From NCBI RefSeq assembly GCF_009914755.1, contig NC_060927.1: a DNA stretch of 64,000 nucleotides; one strand, given 5' to 3'. Made by a program: the position numbers and the translations under genes. The notes beneath the pieces were generated by a model. It saw nothing but the letters and a program-made list of their open reading frames with translations, was not told the DNA's origin and made no database searches. This document shows positions 40,030 through 59,346 of the stretch, one piece after another. This stretch comes from the human T2T-CHM13v2.0 reference genome, Homo sapiens. The number at the start of each line of letters is the position of its first letter. The stretch's first letter is position 1.

Positions 40030-41004
40030 AAAGGCTCCTTTGTGGGATCTCCTGTTCTCCCTTGTGGCTCTGTAAACATGGTCTTTGTCCTATTCCATAA
40101 CTTTCTAACACTGTCAGGTTCTACTCATTCAGGAAGTCAAAGCTTGTTCCTGTTCATTGTTGAAAAAACTTCATTCAAATTTTTGGAACAATTCTTTTTC
40201 TCCAGTGTAGGCTAGAGCTGCCTTTTAGATTAAGGAGGGAGGATGTAGTCTTGTCCTGAGATACAACCCTATCTAAAGTGCATCTCATCAGGGGTTTGGG
40301 GACAGGGAAGATAAAAACAATAGAAATAACACACTTTCTAGGATCAGCCTTTCTCAAATTGATAAAGGGAAAAAAAGTGGGTCTTAGGGAATGTTGAACT
40401 TGTCTAGGAGCCTTCCTGATGCCCAGTGCTTTCATCCTGTTCCTCCAGCAGAGGCTGTCCTGCATCAAACCCCCACAGAGCCACCAGGTGGTCACAAGGC
40501 TGTATTCTGCACAACTCTGGAGTACCATGGTCTGAATCAACATAGCAGCCCTGCTTCACCCTCCTGGAAGCCTGTGCTCTCCTAACACTCACCCTTGTAA
40601 AAACCAAAGAGCAAAATTAGTAACAGAATAAGAGCACTAAACCGTATTTCTCAGCTCAGGTTTTGCTCCCATAAAAAACAGCAGGCCCTTCAGCCTCCTT
40701 TCACAGCACCCACCAACGGTGTCTCACACATGTGCATGAATAGTGTTCTCGGCCACCAGAGTCAGTCGTGTTGTTCCTCTCTGTTCCTGTTCCCCATAGT
40801 GCTCCCTGTAAACACAGAACACAGCAGTTCCCCATGTTCAGTGGAACTGCATTGGAGGTTTTCACTGACACTGTAACCTGGGCACAGCCTGCCAGGAAGA
40901 GGGCAAAGGACAATCAAGATTGCAGATCCTGGGGTATTCCTCAATCACCTCAACCAGAAATTTCTTCTCAAAAGATGCATTGCTTATATCTCTATGTACC
41001 TACA

Positions 41005-41847
<843 letters not shown>

Positions 41848-41879
41848 TATACGTATGCCCACACAGACGTATATACATA

Positions 41880-42850
41880 TATATTTGATTAATGTTCTTC
41901 TCCCCCACTAGATGGTAAACTCTAAAGGAGTGAGATTATTTTTCTTTGGTTCATTATTGTTATTCAGCACCAAGCACATTGCCTGACACACGGTAGGGTT
42001 TAACCAATTCTTGAGTGAATAAACAGATAAGTGAATTTGTTGACTAAGTAACTTTCCACATTCAGCAAGTCTCATCCACTCTGAACCTCCATTTCCTTAT
42101 GTGGAAAGAGATCAGAGTTTCTATTTCAGATGGTTGCCAGGAAGCTAACCTCTGTCTATAAATGTGCCTAACATGGGACTTTGTACCGAGCAGACTTTCA
42201 AAAAATATTTGTTTTCCTGTTGTCTATATAATGATGGTAAAGTGAAATTAATTGCAAATCTTACATAGTGTTTATTAAATGCCAACTAGGACCTAAACAA
42301 GCACTTTTTTCTCTTAGTCTGCACAATTCAGCAAATGTCACCTCCTCTGTGATGCCTTCCCCAGCCAGAGCCCCATTCTCAGGCACCATTATTTTTACAT
42401 CCTCAATGCTACCTGGGAGCTTGATGAACACCTCTGCTAGAGCACTTATCACATCCTCCTATACCCAGATCTTTATGACTGTGACCTCCCTGAGGACAGG
42501 GCCTTATCCTTTGTACCTCTGCAGGCCCGATAACTTGAGCAAATGAATGAATGACTAGATGAATAAAGAGTCCCATGTCTCTTCTCTGCTCTCTTTTCCA
42601 CTAACTTTTCAGGCTGAGAAACATGCTTACTCATTTTGAGCAAGGGCTTTGATATCCTACAGTCCTGAACTTGAACCTAGGACCAAATCATTACTATTTA
42701 ATGACTTTAGACAGTTTCTTAACCACTCTACACCACCACTTTCTTGTATGTAATGTGGGATGAATAACACCTCTCAGAGAGGTTTGGGAAATTCAGTTTG
42801 ATAATGAGTAAGTGGTGAAAACCATGTTGGTCACTTATTAAAAACTCCAT
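41880..42850. mobile_element. Cluster of L2 3' ends and MIR fragments
   Basis: ccactagatggtaaactc...cagcaccaagcacattgcctgacac; tctgaacctccatttcctta; aaatgtcacctcctctgtgatgccttcc; tgaatgaatga ends. Confidence 0.65.
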
Positions 42851-43365
42851 CATATGTAAAAACAGTATTATTTTTACCTCAAATACCAATGTATACTAAG
42901 ATGTGAATGGTAAGGGAGTTGTCATTTTGCTTTCACTCCCAGAGTATTTATAAAATTCACCTGAGATATCCTGATGTGTTTATCCTGAATTAAATGTTTC
43001 CTTAGTCTTTACAAATAAATCAAGAATAGTGAAATTAAAGATACTTAAAGTATTTTGGAACCGTGGCCTTGGTGAAACATCCATGAATATCACTAACACT
43101 TTTTATGCTGGCAATAGTGTTAATGTACTCATCAACAAGTGTTGTCAAAGCCCATACTTCACCAGTAAAGAAGGAGTTGAGGGGGGTGAGGGATGGATAC
43201 AAAGATTCAGGCAATGTGATTCTGGCCTTCAAGGAGGTTTAAGGGAAGATAGAAGACCAACACCAATAGATTCATTTCACATCTCAGGCATACTAACCCA
43301 GCCATTCACCCAGCCGCTTCCTCTTCTGAGCTCCCATAGTGCTAGTGTATATATCAATTACATCA

Positions 43366-43930
<565 letters not shown>

Positions 43931-44395
43931 CCTTTGCCTACACAGCTGCCACTTCTGATAAATGTTGATGACAATGATGATGATGATATTAATAACACAT
44001 GACAAACTCCTCATAGGCAACAAGTCTTAATGAAGACTTTTAGATGTTCTCAGCATTGAAAAGATAATGATGTCTCCATCTCTAGCCATCATTAAAATTA
44101 AAAATTACAGTACTTAATGAAAATATATCACAAAAATTTCATGTATACTGAAATTAAAATAGCTTTTCTCCAGATGTTATGATTGCAAAATTCTGGAGGA
44201 CTTTATCCAAGCTGAATATTTTGCAACATTTTTTCCATGCTACTACCTGGCTAAGGACCTAAATACTTGTTTTGTCTAAGATGCCTCTCAACCCTGGGGA
44301 CAGGAGTCCACTTTTTAGGGCCCAATAAAGGGCCTCACATGTTCCTTCTCTACAAAGATTTGTTGAATGAATGCTTAACTATTTCTTTCTCTATT

Positions 44396-44531
44396 TGGCT
44401 TACCAGATAAAATTCAGACTTCCTAATTAAATTAGACATTCAAATAAACAATGAATAATGTTTTAGTATGTGTCCTGTGTAATATTTAACTGGGTATCCT
44501 GTATTTTTATTAGCTAAATCTGGCAATCCTA
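44396..44531. mobile_element. MER53-like palindromic hAT MITE, internally deleted
   Basis: ccagataaaattcag...aaataaacaatgaataat...tcctgtatttttattagctaaatctggcaatcct. Confidence 0.7.
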
Positions 44532-45419
44532 CCCTCTAAATATAAGAGGAATTCAGAGAAGGGAGAGAAAGTGTGGCTTGTAATAGAAAAAGAGGCTGTC
44601 ATGGAAGACAGAGAAATTGAACCAACTCAAGAAGGGAACATAAAATACATGCTAATGCGCCCCCAGTTGCACAATTGCAGCAGATGAATGCCTAGCAGAT
44701 GGCGGGCATTCATAGCAGGAAAGCCAGCATGAGTAAAGGCCTAGAGGCTGAAGTGAGGTGGCAGAGTAGAAGACAGTGAGAAGGACAGCTGCCCAGACGC
44801 ATATAATCCAATATTTCCAAACATCTTCCAGTTCCACAATGGCCATGCCCCTCCATGCTCTCATGACCATTGAGCCTTTCTGCATGCAGGTCCCTCTGCC
44901 TGGAACTCCTTCCCCTCCTCTCTGTCTGGCTACCTCCTAGTGCACTAGAGTTCTGGTATGTCAGCTGACTCACCTCCACACCAAATCCTTATGTGTTGAT
45001 CTTAACAAACCTTTAAATGCTTGTGTGTCTTTCCTATAACCTTCTAGCATGTCTCCACTGATAGTTAAAGGAAGTTGAAGATGAATTTGTGATAAATACA
45101 TTTGGCCATCCTTTGGGGTTCTGCCCCCCCCATGGGAAATACCCTAACTCCATGTCTGCCTTGTAGAGCTGTGGTCAGAAGTCATCTACTGGCAGGATAT
45201 CTCTGTCCTCCAGACATGAAACAGGGCAATGGGCTTCAGTACCATCCTGGGAATTCTTCAAAAATGTCTCCTCCCATGTGGGTTTAATAAGCCCAAGATC
45301 TGATTCACCCTGGTAAATGCTATCCTGAAGCATTCTGACTGAGCTATTTTTAAATTCATGCCCACTTCCCTCAAGAGGCCCTTCGTACTACCCCACAGTC
45401 ATGCCTTCCCTCCAAGCTG

Positions 45420-47137
45420 GTCTCTCTCAATCTCCTAGACCACCTCATCCCTTCTCTCCACCCACAACTTTATCACCTCCTCCCCATCCCCATGCTCAGA
45501 TGAGGACCCAGCTGCTCACTTCACTGAGAAACGTAAAGCCATCAGAGGAGAACTCCTGCACTGCACACCCCAAAGCCACCCACCCACCTGCCCTCCTGTT
45601 GCAGGAATGAGCTATTCCTACTCCTGTCCACTGGCTGTGGGATTTCATGCCTCTCACCTGCTAAGGCCATCATCCCTGCAGTTGTCACTCCCACTGGCAC
45701 CATTGCTTTCCCTCTCTACTAAATGATGCCCATAAACATGTTGCTTTTCTCTCATCTGGGAAATGTCCTCCCTTGACCCCACTTTCCCTACCAACTATAG
45801 GCTCATCTCTCTGCCCCTCTTTGTGGCACAACTCCATGGAAGAGGTGACTCCATAGCCATTCTCCACTTCCCTCCTCTCATCCTCTCTGGGCCCATCCTA
45901 TCAGCCTTTGGACCCATCACTCCATCAAACCTACTGCGACAGGGTTATCAGTGACCTCTGGTCTTTGCACCATTGACCTCTCAGCAGCATTTGACAGAGG
46001 TGGTCATTTCCTCCTCTTTGAAATGCTTGCTTGGCTTCCAGGGCAGCACACACTGCTTATTTTTTCTACCTCTCTGGCTGCACCCTCCCAACCTCCTTTG
46101 CAGGATCCTTCTCATCTCCCCAACTTCTAAGCAAGGAGGCCCCCCAGCTTCATCCCTCAGCCCTTATCTATTCTATCTTTAGAGTCCCCCACTTGCTGAT
46201 CAATCTGTCTCACGGCTTTAAATAACAACTCCCAAACACTCCCTTGAAATCCAGGCTTGTATGATGATCTGCCTACGTGAAATCTCCACTTGAATGATAG
46301 CCAGGCATAACAAACTTAACATATTTTTGCTCCCCAAAACCTGTTCTTTTTGAAGCTTTTCCCATCTCAATTAATGACAAATCTGTTTTATCAGTGACTT
46401 AGAACAAAATCCTTTCAGTGATCATTGACCCCTTTCTTCTCTCACACCCGCATCCAAGTCATCAGCAAACCTATCCATTCTATCTTGTATGTATATCCAG
46501 AATCCTGCCACTTCCCATGCTTCCACCATAGCAAGCCACCACCATCTCTTGCCTGAACCATTGCAATAGCCTCCTTATTGACCTCCTTCATTATTGATCT
46601 TGCCCCTCTACTGTCATATCTCGACACAGCAGCTCTTAAATGTAAACCTTGCCATGGGGACAGAAACTCCACAACTTTATCCACTTCTGCTCTCCTCCTT
46701 GAGCTCTCATCACCTGGCCTTTCTGCAGTTCCTTGAACACACCTAGCACACTTCTTCCAAGAAACCTTTGCTCTAGTTGTGCTCTTTGCCTAGAGTGCTG
46801 CTCCCCTCCCCAGAAAGCCACATCGCACTCTTTTCATCAGTTCTTGCTCAAATATCACCTCAGCAGAGAAACCCAGACCACCCTATTTAAAATAGTGTAT
46901 ACCCACACACACATACAAGAACACATATTCTATCACTTTACTCTGCTATTTTTTCCATAGCACCTAACATATTATCTATTTTTGTTTATTTATTTGTTCT
47001 CTGCCCATCCCTACTAGAATGCAAGCTCCATGACAGCAAGTGCTTTGCCTATTTGGCTTACAGCTGAATCCACACAGCGCAGAACACTGTTTGGATACTA
47101 GAACTTCCCAAGAAATATTTACTGATTGAACAAATAT
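45420..47137 (+). mobile_element. Long L2 (L2a-like) LINE fragment
   Basis: ttgacctctcagcagcatttgacagag; tctccacttgaatg; tagaatgcaagctccatgacagca; 3' end aaatatttactgattgaa. Confidence 0.85.
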
Positions 47138-49265
47138 ATTAATTTCTTGTGTATGCTGGTGGTGGCAGCCAAAGTCAGCCAAGAACCTTAAAGTGCCTGG
47201 CAGCTTCCCAGAGCAAACAGAGGTACCCTCAACAGGCTTGGGAAGGATAAAGAACATCTCCACTCATACTTCTGGTCTCAGTTTGTATGTCATTTCTTTT
47301 CTGATGCCCTCCTCCCCTCAATAATTTAAAGAAACCTCTCTGTTAGAAATAGAGGATGCTATGCTCATATTTATTGTAATTTCTTCTTAATTGTCCTCCT
47401 TATGAGGCTGTATATTTTCTGAGGATGCATATGGAATTCTCAATAAATACCTGTCGAATGAATAAATGAATGAAGTTGAGTGAGCCGTGCATGGCATGAA
47501 GCTGTAACTAGGGGGGCTGAGCTTGGCGTCAAGGAAGAGGATAAATTAAAAGGAGAAGGAAGGGGTCATAAGTTTATAATATTATTTTATAATAAGGAAG
47601 GAGGAAGAGGAAAGGGAGGAGGAAGCTTGGTTTTATCTCCCTGCCAAATCTTGGCAAACTAACTTTGGCCCTAGAAGTATCTGCACACACAACCTAGCTG
47701 GCACAATGTAGTCAAATGACTTTATTGGTGTAGCCTATAGGACCTGCCTGTCCAGCTTTATTGCATTATTCACTTTTCACCTTCCTTGTGATGAGTTCCT
47801 ATGGGAATTCTCTTCCTCTAGGCAAGGTGTCCCCAGAGGGGAATGAAATTGATATCAGATGGAGCCTGGAAGGGTGAAAAAGTACACAGCAAGAGGCTCT
47901 TGCCTGTTCTGTGGTTCTGCTAGCTACTTCCAAGCCTCTTTTCTTGTATTTATTCACTGCTTATCTAACCTCATTTTTCTCATGCAATATATACCCTACA
48001 TTGGGAAATGTACCCTGTCCCACCTCTCTAAAGCCTTTCCACCAATAAGGCTCAACACAGGCCCGACTTCTATAGGGACTTTACTCCAGCCAGTACATAT
48101 CTTTTCTTTCTCTAACCTTGTTGGCATTTATTTTAAAATACATTCTATGAATAATTTCTTAGTATATTCTATTGGTATGCATATAGTAAATGCTAGATAA
48201 ACAATAGCTATTAGCATCAAAATCATGCTGTTAGTATTCTAACAAACAGTAGGCTCATCAAGAGTAGGAATCATAAGTTTTCTTCCTTTCATACACCCCA
48301 GAGAACTTACCCCAGGGCTGTGCAGATACTAAGTGTCCAGAAAACACTTCTCCAAATATGTACTGTCTATAAAAGTTATTGTTGTAGAGTGAAACCAAGG
48401 AGCCATAGAAATGGTTTCCCTGTTGTAACAGCTATCTCAAAGATGTCTTTAAAATGCTGTCCGTTGCCCTGGCCCTATCTGAGGAGCACATACTTTATTC
48501 CAGGAGAGATGCTGTAATGGATGGAAGGTATGTTTCTGCTGAGTTAAGGGTTATAATGTTCCCTGCATCGAGGCACCAGATTGATGGGATATGCCTCTAT
48601 GATTTATAATACATTAATCTCACTGGAGAGTGAAGCACAATTAATCTTAGAATCTTGCAGCTTGCACTTAACAACTTTAGAACCTTCCCTACGTACTCAG
48701 CCTGCATAGCAAATGTCTGTGCCTCCCCCAGACACTAGGACAACTGGGCATTGAGAACACAAAAACACCCTTCTCTGCAGTAGGATGCTGTGGCAAATGT
48801 CTTCTTTACACTTTCTACAATATTTACGATAAAACAAATTATATAGTAGGAACATTTTATAGTCACAATGTTACAAGTCCAATAATATCATTAAGCACAT
48901 ATAAAATCAAAACTAAATACACATTTGATGTCTCAGAAATGTAAGTAATCAGCTTCCTTTCCTAATCAGAGTGCTGCTGAGATCCAAGAAGCAGCAGATT
49001 CCCAAGCAACTGAAACAGATATTACAAGGTCTGAGCACTGATTATCATCCTAATTGTGGGAGAGTCCCTCATGTTATGCCCAAAGTATATTTGCTTTTAC
49101 TTTGTATATAATTCCAGCAATCTTTGTTGTCTAAATTCTGAGACTTCACTAAATTCAAAGGACTACAACAAGCAAACACATTAATAGCTATAATAAAGGG
49201 TGACTAAAGAAAACCTACTCAAAAAAAAGAGAGAAATAAAAAACTATGTATGACCAAAAAAGTGA

Positions 49266-49681
<416 letters not shown>

Positions 49682-50413
49682 GTTCATTCTTTAAGCACCA
49701 AGAAAGCAAGAAGTATGTTAATATTTAGGATTTTCTTCTAAAGTGGTTCAAATGGAAAGGTCTGGTGCTTAAAGTTTTAACTCAGAGCTAGCTAAAATAA
49801 TTCTTTAACTTTCTGCATAGCCAAAGTCAGGTGCGGTTTGTTTGTTTTTGTAATCTGTAATCTATTTTACTATTAAGTGGGGTAAGAACTCTTCTAAGGA
49901 CTCTCAAACCTTCACTGTTTCACAACAGTAAAAACCCAATATGATAGATAACCTTAAAATCATCTTAGGGGCTTCTGGTATGTACATGGCTGCACATATC
50001 AGCTTATTTATCCATTTTCTCTATAAAAAACACATAAAAGGAGTAAGAAGAAATGAAAAAGAATCCAGAAACTGCATTTTCAGTGAAACAAGAAGAAAAA
50101 TATAGTCTGCAGCCTCCAAAATATGCTTAAGAGTTGATTAAAAAAAAAAAAAAGCAACTGAAATCAGACAGAAACCACACAGGAAGAAAAAGAAAGGAAG
50201 TAAGACTGAGTTGCAAGAGAACTTAGTGATGGCAGAGCTGAAAAGCCGGGTTGGGCAGGGAACTCCTGAAGGCAAGTGGCTCACCCTGAAGTGCATAAAT
50301 GACATATCCTATTTGCAACAAAGTGCAGGAGCTGAAGGAAACAATTCACAGGTGAAGCCCCTGAAGTTCAGAAAAACAGAGGAGGAAGAGCAACACAAAG
50401 AATGATACAGATG

Positions 50414-50850
<437 letters not shown>

Positions 50851-51303
50851 TTAATAATAAGTGATTTTTTTAGTGAACTAACATAGCATATATACAAAGT
50901 AACTATTAGTTGAAAATTCAAAAAGAGTTACAAAATTTACCAAAATACGAACAACATTCATCCAAAAAAAAATGCTGCTAAAAGCAAAAAAAAAAAAAAA
51001 ATTACACATTAACATTTCACCATGAATTTTTAAATGCCAGAATTCAGGGAATTTGTAGCAAGAAAATAGGAGGAAATGAACTATGAGCCAGCAGAACTCT
51101 AGCAAAAAGTAGAAAACCATCAGAGAAATAAAGACAAAATTGGAAAGTATATAAGGTAGACTAAACATTGTAGAAAGACAGTAATATTGAGGACAGATAA
51201 AGAAATACAATCAAAAGGAACTGAAATAAAGATAGAATTAAAGTGAATTAGAGAGAAAATGACAGCTACAATAGCAAAGGAGATCAAACATACTTATAAT
51301 TAG

Positions 51304-51626
<323 letters not shown>

Positions 51627-51807
51627 CAGCTCTACATATTAAAAGGGCACAACATGGGCCAGAGAAAATTGAGTCAGAATAGTCAACGAGACACATCCTG
51701 TGAAGCTGGAGACAAACAAAGAGAGAGAAAGCACAGGGAAGAGACAGAGTGAGTGTGCAAGGGATGAAAGAAGGGAGGGAGAGAAAGAATTCTCTCTGGG
51801 AATGGAA

Positions 51808-51956
51808 ACCAGTGCAGTGGTGGCACATGCCTGTAAACCCAGCTAATTAGATGGATGAGGTGGGAGGATTGCCTGAGCCCAGGAGTTTGAGGCTCACGTG
51901 AACTGTGATGGTACCACTGCACTCCAGCCTGGGCAACAGAGCAAGACCCTGTCTCA
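51808..51956 (+). mobile_element. Alu right monomer (FRAM/AluJ-like)
   Basis: gggaggattgcctgagcccaggagtttgaggct...gcaagaccctgtctc. Confidence 0.85.
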
Positions 51957-52008
51957 GGAAAAGAAAGAAAGAGAGAGATAGAGAGAAAGAGAAAGAGAGA
52001 GAGAGAGA

Positions 52009-52042
<34 letters not shown>

Positions 52043-52112
52043 GAAAGGGAAAGGGAAAGGGAAGGAAAGGAAAGGAAAGAAGGAAGGAAGGAAGGAAGGA
52101 AGGAAGGAAAGA
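51957..52112 (+). repeat. Compound polypurine microsatellite: (GAAA)n, (GA)n, (GGGAAA)n, (GGAA)7
   Basis: About 155 nt of purines with a single T; derived from the Alu tail. Confidence 0.95.
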
Positions 52113-53970
52113 GTTTTCTCTGAACATCCAAACAAAGAAATAAGCCATTAAATAAGGAAAAGATTCAAACACATCTTATATTTTTCCAAAGCAACATTCA
52201 AAATAAGAAGATTATGTAATTTACATCTACAAGATAGCCAAAAAAAAAGGAGACTTGTGAGGCAAGGATTTTATAGCCAGCAAAAAAAATTCATCTCAAA
52301 AGCAAACTAACAATTGTGAAATGTTTGAGCTTAAGTAATATGGTCCCATGATCCTTTCCTGAAGAATCTATAAGAGGTCAAACAATCGCCAACCAGGAGA
52401 TAATAGTGGAAACAAACTGTAGCAAAAAAAGAGGTGGTGAGCACTGTATACCGCAACTGCAAGATTAAGATTAAACAAAGCTGGAGATTGGGACAACAGA
52501 TAGAATGTAAAGGTTATATGCTCTGACAATGTATAAATGATACAACTAATGAAAAATGGAAGGGAGAAAAGGTAGGGAAGGTGAAAAGTCGAGTAGGTTT
52601 GCAGATTATTGAATTTGTAATAGTGGAAGCAAAAGAAAAGATTTGATTGAAAGCTGTCAAACCAAGTAAGAACTATATGTAAACATCTTTAAAAAGACAG
52701 TGGTAAACATTGAGGTAACTAGAATTGGGTGGTGGAAGAGAGAGGGGAGGTTAGCAAAATGAGGCACATTCGTTGTACAATTATTCATACAAAAGAATTA
52801 GCCAATACCATCTAGAAAAATAGAACACTAGCAATATTATACAAAGTTATATTGTCATGAGAACAAAAATATAAAACTTTCTAAATATCAGAAGTGCAAT
52901 TGTTTTAAAAGGCAAAGAAAACTCATTATGTAAATAAAGACTTGCTAAAACACAGTAAAAGAGAAAACATTAAATATTATGCCATACTGAGATCAAATAC
53001 ATCTGTTATATTAATAAATGTAAATGGGCTTTACCTACGTATTATAAATATATTTCAGGTTAAATTACAAAGCAAAACTAAACCCTCAGTTATATAGAAG
53101 AGAAATGCAAAACAAAGTGATTCAGAAAATTTGTAAATAAAAGTATGGGCAAAGATAACAGGAAAATACAAACAAATAGCAAAAAAAAAATAAGCAGAGG
53201 GCATTATCTAAATATCAGACAAGGTTACATTCAGGACATAACAGCATTAAACAATACAAAGGGCAATTTTTACAAGGCTAAAGGGCGCAACTCTCAATGA
53301 CTAGGAATAGTGCTAAATATCTATGCAATAAGACATAGAAGCAACAGTCAAAAAACAGTGATTATAGCAGTTATAAGGAAAAATAGGCTTTAATAAAAAC
53401 AGACTGGCAGTAGGGAGATTTTAATTCCTCTCTCCCAATCTATGACAGATAAAGTAGATAAAATTATTAAGTCAGGGTATAGATTATCTAAATAACATAG
53501 ATATGCAGCAGATCTTACTGATATCTGTTAAGCGCTGTACCCTGAAATGCTTTTGGAATATACATAAAAACAATAATTTAAGTCACAAAAGAAATTGCAC
53601 CAGATTTTAACACATAGAAATGAACAAACAATATTCTCTGGTCACAATATGATAGAACTAGAAATAACAAAATCAGAAAACAAGAGATTGAGATTTTTTA
53701 AAATTAACTCTTAATCCCTAATTCAATGAGAGAATTAATGTTCTGAATGTTCTGAATTTCTAAAAAACAAAATGTAAAAAATCTTTACATATCAGCACCT
53801 ATGGGACAGAACTAAAACAGTACTCAGAAGAATATACAAATATTTAAATACAATAAATATTAAAATATATATATTTGTATTTATAAAATATATGTATAAT
53901 ATATAAAATAAATATAAAAAACAAAAAGGTGAGATTAATAGAAATAAGCTAAAATTAAATTTATAAAGAC

Positions 53971-54100
53971 GGCCAGGCACGGTGGCTTATGTGTGTAATC
54001 CCAGCATTTGGAAGGCCAAGGCAGGAGGATTGCTTGAGTCTTGGAGTTCAAAACCAGCCTGGGCAATATAGTAAGACTCTATTTCTATAAAAAATAAAAT
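53971..54100 (+). mobile_element. FLAM_C / Alu left monomer
   Basis: ggccaggcacggtggc...ggaggattgcttgag...cctgggcaatatagtaagac, then A-rich. Confidence 0.85.
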
Positions 54101-54164
54101 AATTTTTTTAAAAAATTAAAAAGAGAAAATCAGATCTAAGAAATGAATTCAAAAGCTATATATG

Positions 54165-55735
<1,571 letters not shown>

Positions 55736-55800
55736 AATAGTATGGAGCCTGGAAGTGGGGATGCTGTAGCAGTATTTTCCATCTCAATGAGACTACTTTT

Positions 55801-56126
<326 letters not shown>

Positions 56127-56614
56127 TAAATTGTTTGAAGTCATCAAAACATTACAAAAATAGTGGAATCACTAACATTGGCTCACAAATCAACCAGAAT
56201 AGAGGTTTAATAAAGAAATGTGAGAAGTCAGGGGAATGGGAACAACCTATTTTTAGCCTGATGCTGAACATGGGATATTGTTTTACTCTTACATTCTCAG
56301 TTACTTGACTCAAACTAATATTAAAATAATTTTGGCGCCCCATCACAGCAACTGGCCCAATGAGCGAGCTTAGATTTGACACTGTCTGGAGATAATCCTC
56401 AGACAATGTGATTGGAAATTCACTCAACAATCAAGTTAAAATCACTGGAGGATAAAGATGGAGTTTATTGACCAGTCAGGGGGTCTGGATGAGCCCACAT
56501 CATGTATCGTTTTCAACAAATGACCTCCTTCGTGGAAAAGTTTTGTTAATCAAAGTTGGGAGAAAGAGGAAAAAAGAGAGAGGGAGAAGTGTAGAGAAAA
56601 CCATCTGATCCAGA

Positions 56615-56660
56615 GATGTAGGTGTTCCAGCAAGACGGATGTAGGTGTTCCAGCAAGACG
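56615..56660. repeat. Perfect 23-bp tandem duplication
   Basis: gatgtaggtgttccagcaagacg x2. Confidence 0.96.
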
Positions 56661-59037
56661 GGCAACATGGTATGTTTTCCTGTCTCTGACCTCCCCACTG
56701 TGCCCTACCCCAGCCCCAGCCCCTCTTCACTGCTCCCTTTCCCCTGCTTCTTCTGAATACTCACCTACTGGTTGGTGGCTGGAAAAAATAAAATAATGTC
56801 CCATCCTACACCATTTGTATTTTCCCAGATGTCTTTGAAAGACACCAAAGTTCTGGAGAGCCAGAGTAATGAATTCCCAATGTACATTTCCTAACCCCTT
56901 GGCCAGCAGTTGGGAAAAGAGGGTTCCTAAGCCTGTGTCTCATGCCCATAGAGATCACTCAGAGGCCCCATGCCCTCTGCCTTCTCCCTGGGCTGAGCGT
57001 AACAAATTCACAAAATATTTGCCCAGTGCTGTTTTCATGTCTGTTACCTGTTCCCTGAGGAAGAGGAACACATCTTTCATCTCTATATTCCTAGTGCCAA
57101 GAAAACAAGTCTTAACAATTGCCTTATAAATGAATGTGTTAGTTAACGCACGCAAGTTTTAGATCATTTGGGGGTTTTTTGTGCTTCATGCTCAAGAGAC
57201 ATCTATTGGATCTCAGGGAAGTATGGTAGGAAAAGTGCAGGGCTGCTATTCAGGCAGTGCACTGCAGGCCATCCAGCCTGTTGATGAGATGGAGAAAGGC
57301 CTGGAGCCCAGCTCTCCTGATGTCCGGTGTAAAGCTTTTCTCATTTCACTATGCTGCTTGCCCAGATGACAAAGCTCAAATGAAATGTAGGAACAGGACA
57401 CAGTGCAACAGGTCAGAGGGGGCCAAGAGATTCCTCCATGAGCCAACAACCTATGTAGGGAGCCAACGAGCACCTGCTTGAGCCCTGACCCCAGCCCTTT
57501 TTGAGGAACTCTCCCTTATGCAAGTCGCATCCCCTCCCTAAACCTCAGTTTCTCCATCTGTACAATGTGTGTATAGGACCAGAGGATCTCAGAGATTTCT
57601 GTCTGCTCTAATTGTTTCCAATACAGTGACTGACTAGAAAAAAGCAATTATAATCAACAGGACAACCTCTCATTAGCCCCTGTAGATAATCCAAAATGCT
57701 TGGTGCAAGCGGTTGGCTGGGTAAGATACTAGAGGGAACCTCCTTAGCAAAGAGAAGAGAGAAATGTGTCACTAGTTGGCACTGCCTGATGCCATGTCAT
57801 TTTTGTCTCAAATGGAAAAGAAAAGGGAAAAAAGTTGCATTCAGTTACAGGATAGACTGCCCATCTATCCATTCCTGGGAGGTTTGCTGCAGAGGAGTTC
57901 ACACCAGCACAGCAGACCAGGACCTTGGTGGTAATACAAATTCAGGGATTAATTCTGATCAGGGGTTCTTTGAGTACACGTCACCTGTCAAAACTGAGAA
58001 GCTGCCCTGTGGTCAGAAAAAGGGAAAAGGCCCTGAAAGCCTACTTGACTAACTCCTGGAGATACCATGGTCCACCAGAATCAGGAATTCCTCCATGATT
58101 TTTAGTGGAAATGGGCCACCAGACACTGAGTCATTCTACAGATCTCCTCCTAGCTCTGCCCAGGATCTCCACAGACAATTAAAGATGTTCCAGGCACAAG
58201 AACCCCAAATCCTTTGAGCCTATGGAGACAGACGGGGCCACATAAACAGGAATGCCTCAAAGTTCACTGGCTCCTGTTACCCCCAGCCTACTCACTCAGA
58301 AACTCCAAACCCCTGCAAAGTTACCCTTGAGTGGGTCTGGTGCTCTCAGGGGCTGTATTCTATGTGTTCCCCAACACCAGGTAGCCGGCTGTAGGCACAT
58401 GTCACTGCTGCACTGCAGACATCCACCAGACACATGCCAGCTATCCACCAGCTAGCACAGCACAAGCAGGGAAACAAGGGTCCAGCTCATGCCTGGCTGC
58501 TTCTTTTCTTAGATAAATTCCTTCCAGCTAATTTCTCCATTATCCACGTGGTCAAAGGCTAACAAAGTGCAACCTGCAACAAATGGATCTCAACTAGATA
58601 CTCTTCTCAAGCTCACATGTCATGGGATTCCACAGTCAGTCCTCTTCTAGTGCCAAGTCTGTCCAACCAGGGCTTTCATGATTTTGCTGTCCTCTTCCTA
58701 TGTCTTATCCATTGGGAAATGGCAGAAGGGAAACAATAGGACAATGAGATGTAGACATCATGGATATGGCACTACGCAGGACTCCTGAGGCTTGCAGGAC
58801 TTCAGGAGTATGTTCCTGGTGCTGACCCTCACATCCATTGACCTAGTGCCTCGCACCTCTCTGAACCTCTGCTTCCTTGTTGGTAAGTGAAAAATGATAT
58901 CACATTGCATCTGCCCATTGTGAGGATGACATGAGATAATATATGTTAAGTCATCAGAAGACAGATTATGGAAAACCTCATGTCCTAGATGTGTGCTGAC
59001 AATGGTAATATAATGTAAGCCACATACGTAATTTTAG

Positions 59038-59346
<309 letters not shown>

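Noticed and set aside
44655-44713. CTCF-like motif (ctagcagatggcgg, 44692-44705) inside a 9-bp hairpin
   Set aside because: Mismatch at a core position, located in decayed L2-like sequence, and a stem of this length is expected by chance.
51683-52172. Overlapping low-complexity ORFs (SL/ER repeats)
   Set aside because: Translation of the polypurine microsatellite and Alu monomer.
57860-58330. Possible minus-strand splice acceptor/donor motifs (lncRNA exons)
   Set aside because: Motifs are short and common; no exon chain or coding signal can be supported without transcript data.
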